Notes: generated by a model from the letters alone, not told the origin. DNA of 32,000 nt from Acaryochloris marina S15 (GCF_018336915.1 NZ_CP064923.1:1470001-1502000), one strand, 5' to 3'; shown: positions 19,840 through 28,820, counted from the stretch's first letter. Numbers and translations are program-made.

Positions 19840-21150
19840 TCAATAAGAGCAGGGTTGCAACGTAGTAATCGCGTAGTGGCTAGGGGAAAGGTATTTTTGG
19901 GCAAGCGTTTGCAAGGTTTTGGGGTCAATGGCCTGAATCAGCCGTGGATAGGTAAAGGCTTGTTCCAATTCGCCCAATATACTGTAATACCCATATAATC
20001 CGGCCAACTGATTGACCATTTCTGTCCCAAAGATAAAGTCGTTGACCACCAATTGCTGACATCGATGCAGCTCGACCTCTGGAATGGGGATTTCCCCCAA
20101 CTGATACATATGCTCACGAATGACCGTTTCTACCACCTCTAGATACTTCGGATCTAGCCAAACAGAGATTGTGAAACATCCCCCTTCTCGCTGCAGAAAA
20201 AATTCACTGTGGACATCATAAATCCAGCCTCGTTGTTCTAATAAATCTGAGACCAACCGAGATGTGCGTCCTCCAGTTAATATCACCGACAATAGGTCAA
20301 ATCCATACCCCTGTTCTTTCTCGGTTACACCCGGTCCTAACCAGGCTATGGTCAACCGGGCTTGGTCGATCCCTGGGGTTTCCATGGCATGGTAACGGCG
20401 TTGGTCCACAGGGTTCAGAGGGCTGGGGGATGACAGCAGGTCTCTAGAAGCAGGGGTATGGGGCCAATCACAATGCCGATGTACCAGGTCTATGGCTTGT
20501 TCATGGGTCAGATCGCCCACCAAGACGATCGTCATATTCTCGGGCTGATAAAGCTGATGGTGAAAGTCCCGTACATGGGCCGCAGAGAGAAACGGGGGCA
20601 ATTCTGCCAAACCCAGCACTGGACGCCCATAGGGATGGTTGGGAAAGACGAGTTGACGCACCGATTGATAGACTACCCAGTCGGGATTGTCATAGGCTTG
20701 ATCAATTTCTGTACGGATGATTTCTTGTTCCTGCTTAAATTCAGCTTCAGGAACCGCTGCATGGATTAAAAGTTCAGCCAGCTGTGCAAAGCAAGGTTCA
20801 AGCTGATCTGCTAAGGTCACCATGTAGAAATGAGCATAATCATAGCCCGTGGCCGCATTGACTATTCCACCCTGGCACTCCAGCAGCCGATCAAATTCTT
20901 GGGGTGAGACGGTTTCAGTACCCTTGAAAATCATATGCTCTAAAACATGAGCCAATCCAGGTACTGCCTCAGGCTCCCTGGTGACCCCTGCATTGACCCA
21001 AATATCAACGGTCACGACTGGCGTGAACGGTAGGTATTGATGCAGAACCGTTAATCCATTCTCTAAACAAGTTTGATTGACGGGATGGGCTGCCCCTCTG
21101 GTCTGGACAGGCTGCCAACGCTTAGCAGGATTGTGATTAAACCACATCAA
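19840..21150 (-). CDS. M16 family zinc peptidase (insulinase/pitrilysin type), catalytic subunit
   Basis: 436 aa. Intact inverted zinc motif HVLEHMIFKGT. Confidence 0.88.
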   Translation of the reverse strand: MMWFNHNPAKRWQPVQTRGAAHPVNQTCLENGLTVLHQYLPFTPVVTVDIWVNAGVTREPEAVPGLAHVLEHMIFKGTETVSPQEFDRLLECQGGIVNAATGYDYAHFYMVTLADQLEPCFAQLAELLIHAAVPEAEFKQEQEIIRTEIDQAYDNPDWVVYQSVRQLVFPNHPYGRPVLGLAELPPFLSAAHVRDFHHQLYQPENMTIVLVGDLTHEQAIDLVHRHCDWPHTPASRDLLSSPSPLNPVDQRRYHAMETPGIDQARLTIAWLGPGVTEKEQGYGFDLLSVILTGGRTSRLVSDLLEQRGWIYDVHSEFFLQREGGCFTISVWLDPKYLEVVETVIREHMYQLGEIPIPEVELHRCQQLVVNDFIFGTEMVNQLAGLYGYYSILGELEQAFTYPRLIQAIDPKTLQTLAQKYLSPSHYAITTLQPCSY

Positions 21151-21370
21151 CGATGGTTAAGACATGAGGGACAAGGGAATGGATCTTCTAAAGTTTTGCA
21201 TTGATTAACAAGACTATAAAAGGGAGACCGAACTGGAAGAAAAAACTAAACTCTATTTCTCTGATCTAGAACGATTCTGTGAGAAGTTACTATATATCAG
21301 TCTACAAGACGGCAGGAAGTCCCGTTCTCCAGCCCCTCTCTATCTTTCACCTTCTCGGCGCTCCCTCCCC

Positions 21371-22300
21371 ATGTCGAATATACAAACACTAACCCTCCAG
21401 GTCCCTGCGACTACAGCCAATATTGGTCCAGGCTTCGACTGTTTAGGGGCAGCCCTCTCTCTCTACAATCGTTTTCAATTTACCCGTCTTCCAGATCATT
21501 CTGAATCGCCCATCATCCGGGCTACAGGAACTGGTGCTGATCAACTCCCGACAGATGCCCAAAACCTGGTCTATCGAGCATTTGCGGCCACGTATCAGCA
21601 TCTAGGTCAAACACCACCCGCCATCGAAATTGATATCCATTTAGATATTCCCCAAGCGAGAGGATTAGGCAGCTCCGCCACAGCCATTATTGCGGGTCTG
21701 ATAGGAGCCAATGAACTGGCCCACCAACCTTTAGGCCAATCAGAATTACTGCAGCTAGCCATTGACCTAGAAGGCCACCCAGATAATGTCGTACCTGCCC
21801 TGGTGGGAGGTTGCTGTCTCGCCGCCAAAGACTTGGATGACAAATGGCAAGTCTGCCCGATAGATTGGTCCCCCGAGGTGGTTCCCATTGTCGCCATACC
21901 GGACTTTGAACTAAAGACCGATCTGGCTCGCAATGCTCTACCCGAGACCTGTGGGTATGGTGATGCGATTTTTAATATGGCTCATCTCGGCTTTTTGATG
22001 AAAGGGTTAGAGCAAGCCGATCCAACCCTCCTCAAAACGGCCCTTGATGATAAATTGCACCAACCCTATCGGCTGAAGCTAATTCCTGGATTTGCAGAGG
22101 CTTATAAGGCTGCCCTAGATGCTGGGGCCTACGGCCTGGTCATCAGTGGGGCTGGTCCGACCCTTTTGGCACTGGGTGATAGCGAAACGGCAGATGCGAT
22201 CGCATCTGCCATCCGCAACCAGTGGCAAACAGCCAACCTTTCAGTAAAAACTCAGGTTCTAAGTCTAGATAGACAAGGCGCTATCGCTCAATCCACCTAA
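21371..22300 (+). CDS. thrB: Homoserine kinase
   Basis: 309 aa. PATTANIGPGFDCLG, GHMP kinase motif IPQARGLGSSATAIIAG, HPDNVVPALVGG, ISGAGPTLLAL. Confidence 0.93.
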   Translation: MSNIQTLTLQVPATTANIGPGFDCLGAALSLYNRFQFTRLPDHSESPIIRATGTGADQLPTDAQNLVYRAFAATYQHLGQTPPAIEIDIHLDIPQARGLGSSATAIIAGLIGANELAHQPLGQSELLQLAIDLEGHPDNVVPALVGGCCLAAKDLDDKWQVCPIDWSPEVVPIVAIPDFELKTDLARNALPETCGYGDAIFNMAHLGFLMKGLEQADPTLLKTALDDKLHQPYRLKLIPGFAEAYKAALDAGAYGLVISGAGPTLLALGDSETADAIASAIRNQWQTANLSVKTQVLSLDRQGAIAQST

Positions 22301-22351
22301 GTAGTTTCCCTCAGCCTCTATCCTCAAACAGAATTGAAAGCTAGGTAACCC

Positions 22352-24691
22352 TTAGTTCTTAATCCCGTTGGCAACAACGCCCAAGATAGGAATTTGAGCA
22401 ATTTCTAGCATGCGGAGACTTTCCTTCAGGAGGCTTCTGGGAACACTCCCTAGATGTGCAACCACCATTAAGCCATCTGTTTGAGGCGCAATAATCGTTG
22501 GATCCGCGAGGTTTAAGGGTGGGCAGTCGTAAATGATTAAATCAAACTGTTCAGCAAACACGCCCATCAGCTTCTGCATCTTTTGAGATGCCAAGATGCG
22601 AGTCGGATCGGACGGCAACATCCCTGCCGTCAGGACAAAGAGGTTCTCTGTACCCGGTAGTGGATGAATCGTGGACTGAAGATTGCCTTCCGTTGCCATC
22701 AGATCACTCAATCCAGGGCTGTTGGGTAAATTGAGAACGCGGCTAAGACTGGGAGCCCGCAAATCAGCATCGACCAACAAGACTCTTCTTCCCATGGCTG
22801 CTGCCGCCTGAGCAAGGTGCATCGAGGTAGTCGATTTCCCTTCCTGGGGTGAGCAGGATGAAATAACCAGAGAAGAAATCGGTAAGTCAGGATTAAGGAG
22901 GTGCAATTGAGAGTAAAGGGAGCGGAAGGCCTCCAAGAACGGTGAATAGGAGTACTCTGAGGCTTTCTTGTTATTGGCAAAGTTACTCAAACTAGCCAAA
23001 GAGAATTGCTCGTTATTCAGCAATGAAGGCTGTTCCTTTTGCTCAAGCAGAGCGAGTCCCATTTCACTCTTAAGGAAGTCACCTTCCGAAGACAGAAAGG
23101 GAGTTTCTTCTAGCTGCTTTTGCTGAGGGATGATACCTAGGATAGGACGCTTTAATTCAGCTCGAAGATCCTGCAAGGAGTGTATGGCATCATTGGTTCT
23201 GTCAAGAAGAATTGCAATGCCAACACCGAGTAAGAGCCCCAGCATAGTGCCTAAAGCCAAGTCACGCGGTAGATTAGCATCGGTAATAGTTGCTACATTA
23301 GGCTCCCCTAATAACTCCCAGGGCACCTCATTTCTCGCAGCATTAATTAAGAGTTCTTCTCGCTTCTCCAGAAATTTGCGATACGTATCATTGGCAATCT
23401 GCAGTTTCCGCTGCAGATTTTCGTATTGGCGGGTAATGGCAGGCAGTTGCCCCATTTTCTGTTGAAGAGACGTTTGGGCTCTCAGAATCCCCTGTCGTTT
23501 TGCTTCTAAAACTTGCAGCTGTACCGAAGCATCAACAAATTGCTGACTCATCCCCTTCCGGAGGGAGTTTTGATAAGGGAGTGCTGCCGTATCAGGAATC
23601 GTACTGGACAAATTTCGGCCTAGGCTATTGCGGGCCGCCTGGTTGATTAAAGGCAACAGCTTATTACGCTGTTCTCGTAAATCTACGACTTCAGGGTGAT
23701 TACTGGTGAGTTCCGCCGACCGAATGGCGAGTTGAGACTCAATTTCTTGCAATTGCGTCCGCAATTTCTGATAGCTGGGCGATTCGGTCAGAACAGTTGC
23801 AGCTTCAGCACCTGATGGAGTCAGTTTCAGTTGCTGTTGCAATGTTGTATACAGCTGCCGAGTCTCCATGAGCTGAATTTGGTTTTCAGCTAATTGGCCT
23901 TGAATGGCACCAGCTTGAGAGGAAACCTGCCCACCGAAGGTCGCAGGGTCGAGGAGCTGATATTGTTCACGGAACCGCTGCAAAAGTTGCTCAAACTGAC
24001 GGACTTGGCCCTCAGCTTTAGGGAGTTCTCGATCAACAAACTGAATCGCTCTGCCCAAATTTGTTTGTCGTTCACTGACACTGTAGTCTGTATATTGCTG
24101 AGCCACTTCAGCGGCAATAACTTTCGCAGACTCAGGATCGGCAGCATCAAGGCTAACTGACAAGATTTTGGTTGGAGCTTTGTTCTCAGCAACTCGCTCA
24201 ATGGTTAAATTTTTTGCCAACTTTTTGTAAGACAAGTTGGGATACTGAGGGCTCAATTTGTCCGCAATGGGCTGGAGAATTTGAGGACTCAGAAGGATTT
24301 GGATCTGTGTAGGATAATCCAGAACCGTTTGGGAAGCCTGAGAGTTTCCTAAGCCTTGATCCTGAACTGAGGTATTGTTGCCGCTAAGTGAAGACACAAC
24401 CTCACTTTCAGCCGTGACAGGCTCAATCAGGATGCGAAATTGACCTTGGTAAGAAGATGGTCGCGTCCGGCTCCAATATAAAGTTGAAACGGCAACAGCA
24501 GCGGTCACTAAAACGACCACGGGGAAGCGCCGACGAATAGCCCCAAAAAGCTGGCCAAGATTCAGACCTCCTTCTTCTTCTACACCTGCTTGAAAAGATT
24601 GAGGAAGAAGAGTTAGCGCTGGAGTAGGAGTTTCCTTAACGGTCTCCAGTCGCTGTAGTCTCGTCATTTTTGAGTTAGGGCTAGGTTTCAT
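22352..24691 (-). CDS. Polysaccharide co-polymerase / BY-kinase family protein (Wzc/GumC-like), without a C-terminal tyrosine cluster
   Basis: 779 aa. TM helix near aa 55-75, a long coiled-coil-like periplasmic region, and a second TM (LALGTMLGLLLGVGIAILL). C-terminal P-loop domain with Walker A SPQEGKST, A' VLLVDADLR and B LIIYDCPP. The protein ends at ..GVVANGIKN. Confidence 0.85.
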   Translation of the reverse strand: MKPSPNSKMTRLQRLETVKETPTPALTLLPQSFQAGVEEEGGLNLGQLFGAIRRRFPVVVLVTAAVAVSTLYWSRTRPSSYQGQFRILIEPVTAESEVVSSLSGNNTSVQDQGLGNSQASQTVLDYPTQIQILLSPQILQPIADKLSPQYPNLSYKKLAKNLTIERVAENKAPTKILSVSLDAADPESAKVIAAEVAQQYTDYSVSERQTNLGRAIQFVDRELPKAEGQVRQFEQLLQRFREQYQLLDPATFGGQVSSQAGAIQGQLAENQIQLMETRQLYTTLQQQLKLTPSGAEAATVLTESPSYQKLRTQLQEIESQLAIRSAELTSNHPEVVDLREQRNKLLPLINQAARNSLGRNLSSTIPDTAALPYQNSLRKGMSQQFVDASVQLQVLEAKRQGILRAQTSLQQKMGQLPAITRQYENLQRKLQIANDTYRKFLEKREELLINAARNEVPWELLGEPNVATITDANLPRDLALGTMLGLLLGVGIAILLDRTNDAIHSLQDLRAELKRPILGIIPQQKQLEETPFLSSEGDFLKSEMGLALLEQKEQPSLLNNEQFSLASLSNFANNKKASEYSYSPFLEAFRSLYSQLHLLNPDLPISSLVISSCSPQEGKSTTSMHLAQAAAAMGRRVLLVDADLRAPSLSRVLNLPNSPGLSDLMATEGNLQSTIHPLPGTENLFVLTAGMLPSDPTRILASQKMQKLMGVFAEQFDLIIYDCPPLNLADPTIIAPQTDGLMVVAHLGSVPRSLLKESLRMLEIAQIPILGVVANGIKN

Positions 24692-25656
24692 CGCCTTTTA
24701 GGGGGGGTAAGTAAAGAACTTAAACTAATGCCAAACTTTTTACATCGCCTGAGTTTCAAGTCAGACTGCAGATACCAAGGAATGAGGGCTTAGTAAAATT
24801 TCATATATCTTTAGAATAACCTGTTTGTGGGGGGTTGCAATTGACTCAGATCACATGAACTTGAATACACAAGGCGGCTAGGCCGTTCTAAGGAAATGTG
24901 ATCACATTGTTTGATAGCAATGGGCGCTCAAGAACAAGCCTTTAAGAAGCATATGAGGTAAGGGGAAGACTGAATGTGACTTGAATCAACTGGATGACCA
25001 TTAATTTGGTTTTCTTATGATTTTGATAAAATTTAGTATTAGAAGCTACACGAGACTCTATAACGTTTCTAGCTTTGGATTAAGCGTAAAAATGCTTTAT
25101 ATACTAATAATATCTTCCTTGTTTTCAGAATGGGAGCTAATCCTAAATCCATAGCCTAAAATTCGACTACTTTTTGTCGCATTTTCTTAGGAGTAACAAA
25201 CTCATAGCTATCTCAGTAGTATTAATTGATACAAAAGTAATAATTATGAATGTAATTCTATTGTAGGCCCTTAGCCTTAGCAGGACGGTAAGATAAAGTC
25301 TGATTTAGTATGAATCAAATGTAAGTTTAGTTTGAATTGCTATACTTTTTCTGCCTCTAAAAAGAAGAAACGCAATTATTTTTCGTATTCAATAAATAAA
25401 TATTCTGATAAATAAAAACGTTTTTGTTTTGTAGTACCCTCTAACACTTAAATTTATTAGATTTATCCTTTGATACATATGTGATTTTATTTGTTCGGGA
25501 TTGTCGGTGTATGTATATAAATTTCAGGTGCCTTGTCTTTGTAAATACAATTTCAATATATTCCTATATAGATAAATGCCTGAAATTTATATTTTTTTGA
25601 TCAATTAAAGTTTAAATACGCACAAAAACCTCAAAAAATCATCAAAGATTTCCTGG
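24692..25656. other. AT-rich spacer with no ORF of 60 aa or more in any frame (upstream region of the wzc-like gene)
   Basis: The six-frame track is empty here. Hand counts of 60-nt lines give about 22-30% G+C, versus about 43% in one wzc line counted the same way. Confidence 0.7.
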
Positions 25657-25658
25657 TA

Positions 25659-26612
25659 TAGCAGTCGCCACTCTAATTAGGACGCTAGGTACAACATATG
25701 TTCCATTGCTTCTCTAAGTGAACCGAAGTGCTCTAATTGGTGTCTAATTCGACTTTTAATCCAAGCCCACGACCGTTCAATCTTATTCAAATCAGGAGAA
25801 TAGGGTGGCAAGTACCACACTTCACATCCTGCGGCTTCTACCAGTTGCTCAATTCGCCCTCCCTTATGGAAGGTGGCATTATCAATGACTAACTTCTGCC
25901 CCGGTTTGAGCATCGGTATCAAACAAGTCTCAAGCCAAATTTCAAATACGGTGCGATTGCAAGCCCCTTCAATCGTGAACGGGGCCATGAGCTGCTTTCC
26001 TCTCAAAGCTGCAATCATATTGACTCGTCCACTTCTGCTACCAGACTTTAAAGCATAGACCCGCTCACCTTTGGGACCATAGCCATAGTCATACTCATCT
26101 CGATTGTCCATCCCTGACTCGTCAGCATAGACGATATCGTCTGGGTCTACTGTTGTTAACTTTTGGACGAACTCAGCCCGTTTGTGCTCATCACGTTGGC
26201 GGTAGCCATAGGTCTTTTTTTTCGAGTAAATCCAATATTCTTCAGCGCTCTTGAAATAGTACGCTCACTGATTTGCCCCTCCCACAACTCGGCCATCTGA
26301 GCTTGGGTTTTATAGCGATGTTCTTGAGCAAAAGCTCGAAACTTATCCCAGTCTGTGATTTTGTGGCTATGGCCAAGGTGTTGTCTAGGGATGGGATGAA
26401 GATCACCTGTTTCTGCTTTGAGACGTTGCCATAGATTAATGGTGTTACGACTGATATGAAAGGTGTCACTCGCTTCTGAGGGAGGCATGCCATCAAGTTC
26501 AATAGCATCGATCACTTTGCAACGTAAATCGTAGCTGTAGATTTTAGGCATCCATTGAAAGACATAACAGTATCTCTAGTTTATTATGTCCTGAATAAAA
26601 TGGCGCTTGCTA
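25659..26612 (-). mobile_element. IS630-family insertion sequence (~954 bp), apparently intact
   Basis: Imperfect ~25-bp terminal inverted repeats: left TAGCAGTCGCCACTCTAATTAGGAC (25659-25683) against the reverse complement of 26588-26612, TAGCAAGCGCCATTTTATTCAGGAC (19/25 match). Flanked by TA at 25657-25658 and 26613-26614, the family's typical TA target duplication. Confidence 0.85.
25677..26551 (-). CDS. IS630 family transposase, two frames joined by a -1 programmed frameshift
   Basis: The upstream frame (26156-26551) encodes the HTH part. The downstream frame is open from the A8 run through 25677 and carries DDE-type blocks (IVYADESGMD, LVIDNATFHK, LPPYSPDLNKIE). The A8 run at 26215-26222 gives an A_AAA_AAG heptamer. 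The fused reading is ..GFTRKKKTYGYRQRDEHKRAEF.. Confidence 0.88.
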
Positions 26613-26622
26613 TATCTTACTA

Positions 26623-28387
26623 CCTACATTCAGCAGGCTAGCTAGCAGAGCAGATAATATTTTTTACAGCCCTTCCCAAGGAACGGCAAGATAAGTTGCT
26701 GCCTGCTGTTGAGCTTGATGAGATGCTTGGCACCATCAAGCCAAACTAAATGGACGGCCTGAAAGCATTGGAGAATCCAACGTAACGTAGGTTTCATAGT
26801 TTGTTTCCCCTTCTGATTAGGGAGAGTTGTTTGTACTTGTTCTAGTGCATTTCTTAACTGTCGTTGTCCTAAGCTGTAGACCATCAAACACAAGGCCATG
26901 ATCATGGCTAAGGCAGCGATACGCCGAGGTGTCTTCAGGAAAACACTAGAGGCAAAGAAGAGTGGATCTTTGATAAAGCGAAAGCCTCCTTCACACGCCT
27001 GCTGGTTCTTATACTCGCGCAGAATATCATCATTGCTCCATTGCTCTTGTTCCAAGAGATTGGTGGCTAAGATGAAACGACCTGCTTGCCGCCGATAGCG
27101 TTCGATGACTGGCTCATTGAGGGTTAAGGTAGCCTCAATAGAATAGGTGTAGTGAGTCACAACCGTTGCTTTTGTCGGTCGTCCAGCCTTTGAATAATGA
27201 GGTTTTTTGTGGATTTTGAGATCGTCAAGGGTGTGATACCTGAGGATTTTGCCAAAATCTTGGGCTGCAGCTAAAGCATCTGCAGGGCACAAGAAGGTCT
27301 GTTTGCAGAGGGTTTTAAGTGCAGTAGTTTTTTGGCTAAACGCCTGATCAATCCGCTTTTGCACTTGTTTGAGTCCAGAGTCTCTGCGAGCTTTACTTTC
27401 AACCACCAGCCACCGTTGTTGAATCTCTCCATAGGTACTACATACTTCGACAAAGCTATAGCCGTTGAGAGCACTGGGGTGAAACTGTGAACCCGGCAGC
27501 CCTTGTAATAAGTCTTGGGCTGCCGTTGAACTTGCTGGAACTCGGCTAATCCAAGATGTACTTCCTAATGCTTGCAGATTGTCGGCACTGTAGAGGGCAC
27601 TATCAGCAACAATCACCTCTGGCTGTTGCTGACTCCACTGTTGCTTAAATTCATGGATGATAGGCACAAACGTACTTTTGTCCGCATCATTACCGTTGCC
27701 CACTTGTAAAAATAAAGGAATACCCCCGTCCCCACTCACCAGTAGGTTCAATACAAACTGCTTGAGATCACGACGATTGTCCCGTGAGTAGCCGTAGGTG
27801 ATTTTCACGGGTATCGGCTCCTCTGATTCAGCCAGTGCAGGGGAGGGGGACTCAGGTGCAGAGGGGGATTCGTCTGACGCCTCAACCTGTGGTTTATCTA
27901 AGTATTGCCCCTCAACACTAAGGCTTGTCGCATCTAGATGCGCACACCTTAGAGCTACATCGAATTTCTGAACGACTGCCATTGCCACATGGATAAATAT
28001 CTGGGTCACACCATAGGCATAGAGCTTGTCGAGGACTCGACCGATACGGGTATCGTTGAGGTGCTCTGGCAGTACACCTTGACCGAGTAAGTGCTCGGTT
28101 GCTTTGCTTTCGAAAAACTCACTAAATAAGTACAATGGAGCACTCAAAAAGCCCATACCATTTAGAATCAGGGCTTTGACAACTTGACCACAACTAACAT
28201 TCTCTTGCTCGTGAGTACCTAATAATCGATCCACTATTTCGACAATGCCGATCTCATCGACGATACCGGCAATAATACCGAGATGGTCAATATCCTGAAC
28301 GTCTATCTCTTGAGGTGAATACATGGACTTGCGTTGAGAGACAACCTCAAAATTATCCCTTGATGGTTAGTACCTGCTGAATGTCGG
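26623..28387 (-). mobile_element. IS1634/IS4-like insertion sequence (~1765 bp), apparently intact
   Basis: 15-bp terminal inverted repeats CCTACATTCAGCAGG (26623-26637) and CCTGCTGAATGTCGG (28373-28387), matching 14/15 when reverse-complemented. 6-bp direct target duplication TTACTA at 26617-26622 and 28388-28393. Confidence 0.85.
26642..28324 (-). CDS. IS1634 family (IS4 superfamily) DDE transposase
   Basis: 560 aa. The N-terminal block DHLGIIAGIVDEIGIVEIVDRLLG..VSCGQVVKALILNGMGF is typical of IS1634-type transposases. DADKSTFVPI and VADSALYSADN are DDE-like contexts. Confidence 0.85.
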   Translation of the reverse strand: MYSPQEIDVQDIDHLGIIAGIVDEIGIVEIVDRLLGTHEQENVSCGQVVKALILNGMGFLSAPLYLFSEFFESKATEHLLGQGVLPEHLNDTRIGRVLDKLYAYGVTQIFIHVAMAVVQKFDVALRCAHLDATSLSVEGQYLDKPQVEASDESPSAPESPSPALAESEEPIPVKITYGYSRDNRRDLKQFVLNLLVSGDGGIPLFLQVGNGNDADKSTFVPIIHEFKQQWSQQQPEVIVADSALYSADNLQALGSTSWISRVPASSTAAQDLLQGLPGSQFHPSALNGYSFVEVCSTYGEIQQRWLVVESKARRDSGLKQVQKRIDQAFSQKTTALKTLCKQTFLCPADALAAAQDFGKILRYHTLDDLKIHKKPHYSKAGRPTKATVVTHYTYSIEATLTLNEPVIERYRRQAGRFILATNLLEQEQWSNDDILREYKNQQACEGGFRFIKDPLFFASSVFLKTPRRIAALAMIMALCLMVYSLGQRQLRNALEQVQTTLPNQKGKQTMKPTLRWILQCFQAVHLVWLDGAKHLIKLNSRQQLILPFLGKGCKKYYLLC

Positions 28388-28820
28388 TTACTATTGTAAT
28401 CTATCTGAAAAACTTTTCTTGTGCTATTCCAACTACTGTAAACAGCAATTAAAACTATATATAAGAATGTAAATATGGCTCTGGCATATAGGTTTAATTC
28501 ACCTATATTCATCAACTAAAATAGGACAGATAAAGTCTTGAGAGTATTATTGCTATAAAGTGGGCAAGCAGGACATAAACCTCGTCCAGCTTGAAAGCAA
28601 GAGTTTTATGAGATGCCTATAAGCCTTTAGGAGGTATGGTTTAGGTACTTAAGTAGCCCCCCTGAAAACTATGGGTCTCAATATGGACAAGGGCTAGTAA
28701 TTCTGCAGCAAGACACTTGCCATTGATCATAAAACAATTCATCAGCTCACAGCATTCGCCAAGCTAGCATGAAGTCCTAAGAAAAAGGCGATCGAGCAGC
28801 AACATATACTTGATTTACCT

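Noticed and set aside
24895-24908. Palindrome AATGTGATCACATT read as a CRP/SYCRP1 binding site
   Set aside because: The CRP consensus is TGTGA-N6-TCACA, whereas here the half sites abut with no spacer. It is kept only as a generic candidate operator.
24692-25656. Checked whether the AT-rich ORF-free stretch is a CRISPR array or tandem-repeat locus
   Set aside because: There are no regularly spaced direct repeats. Only short AT-rich words recur (e.g. ATTTAGTAT twice, CTTGAAT three times), as expected by chance at this composition.
26242-26508. 88-aa alternative-frame ORF inside the IS630 element
   Set aside because: It is nested in a different frame of the HTH-encoding part of the transposase and has no independent support.
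28303-28515. 70-aa ORF from the track taken at face value
   Set aside because: It crosses the IS1634-like terminal repeat at 28387/28388, so its C-terminal ~28 aa are IS-derived. Only the host-encoded N-terminal part is discussed, as a low-interest finding.
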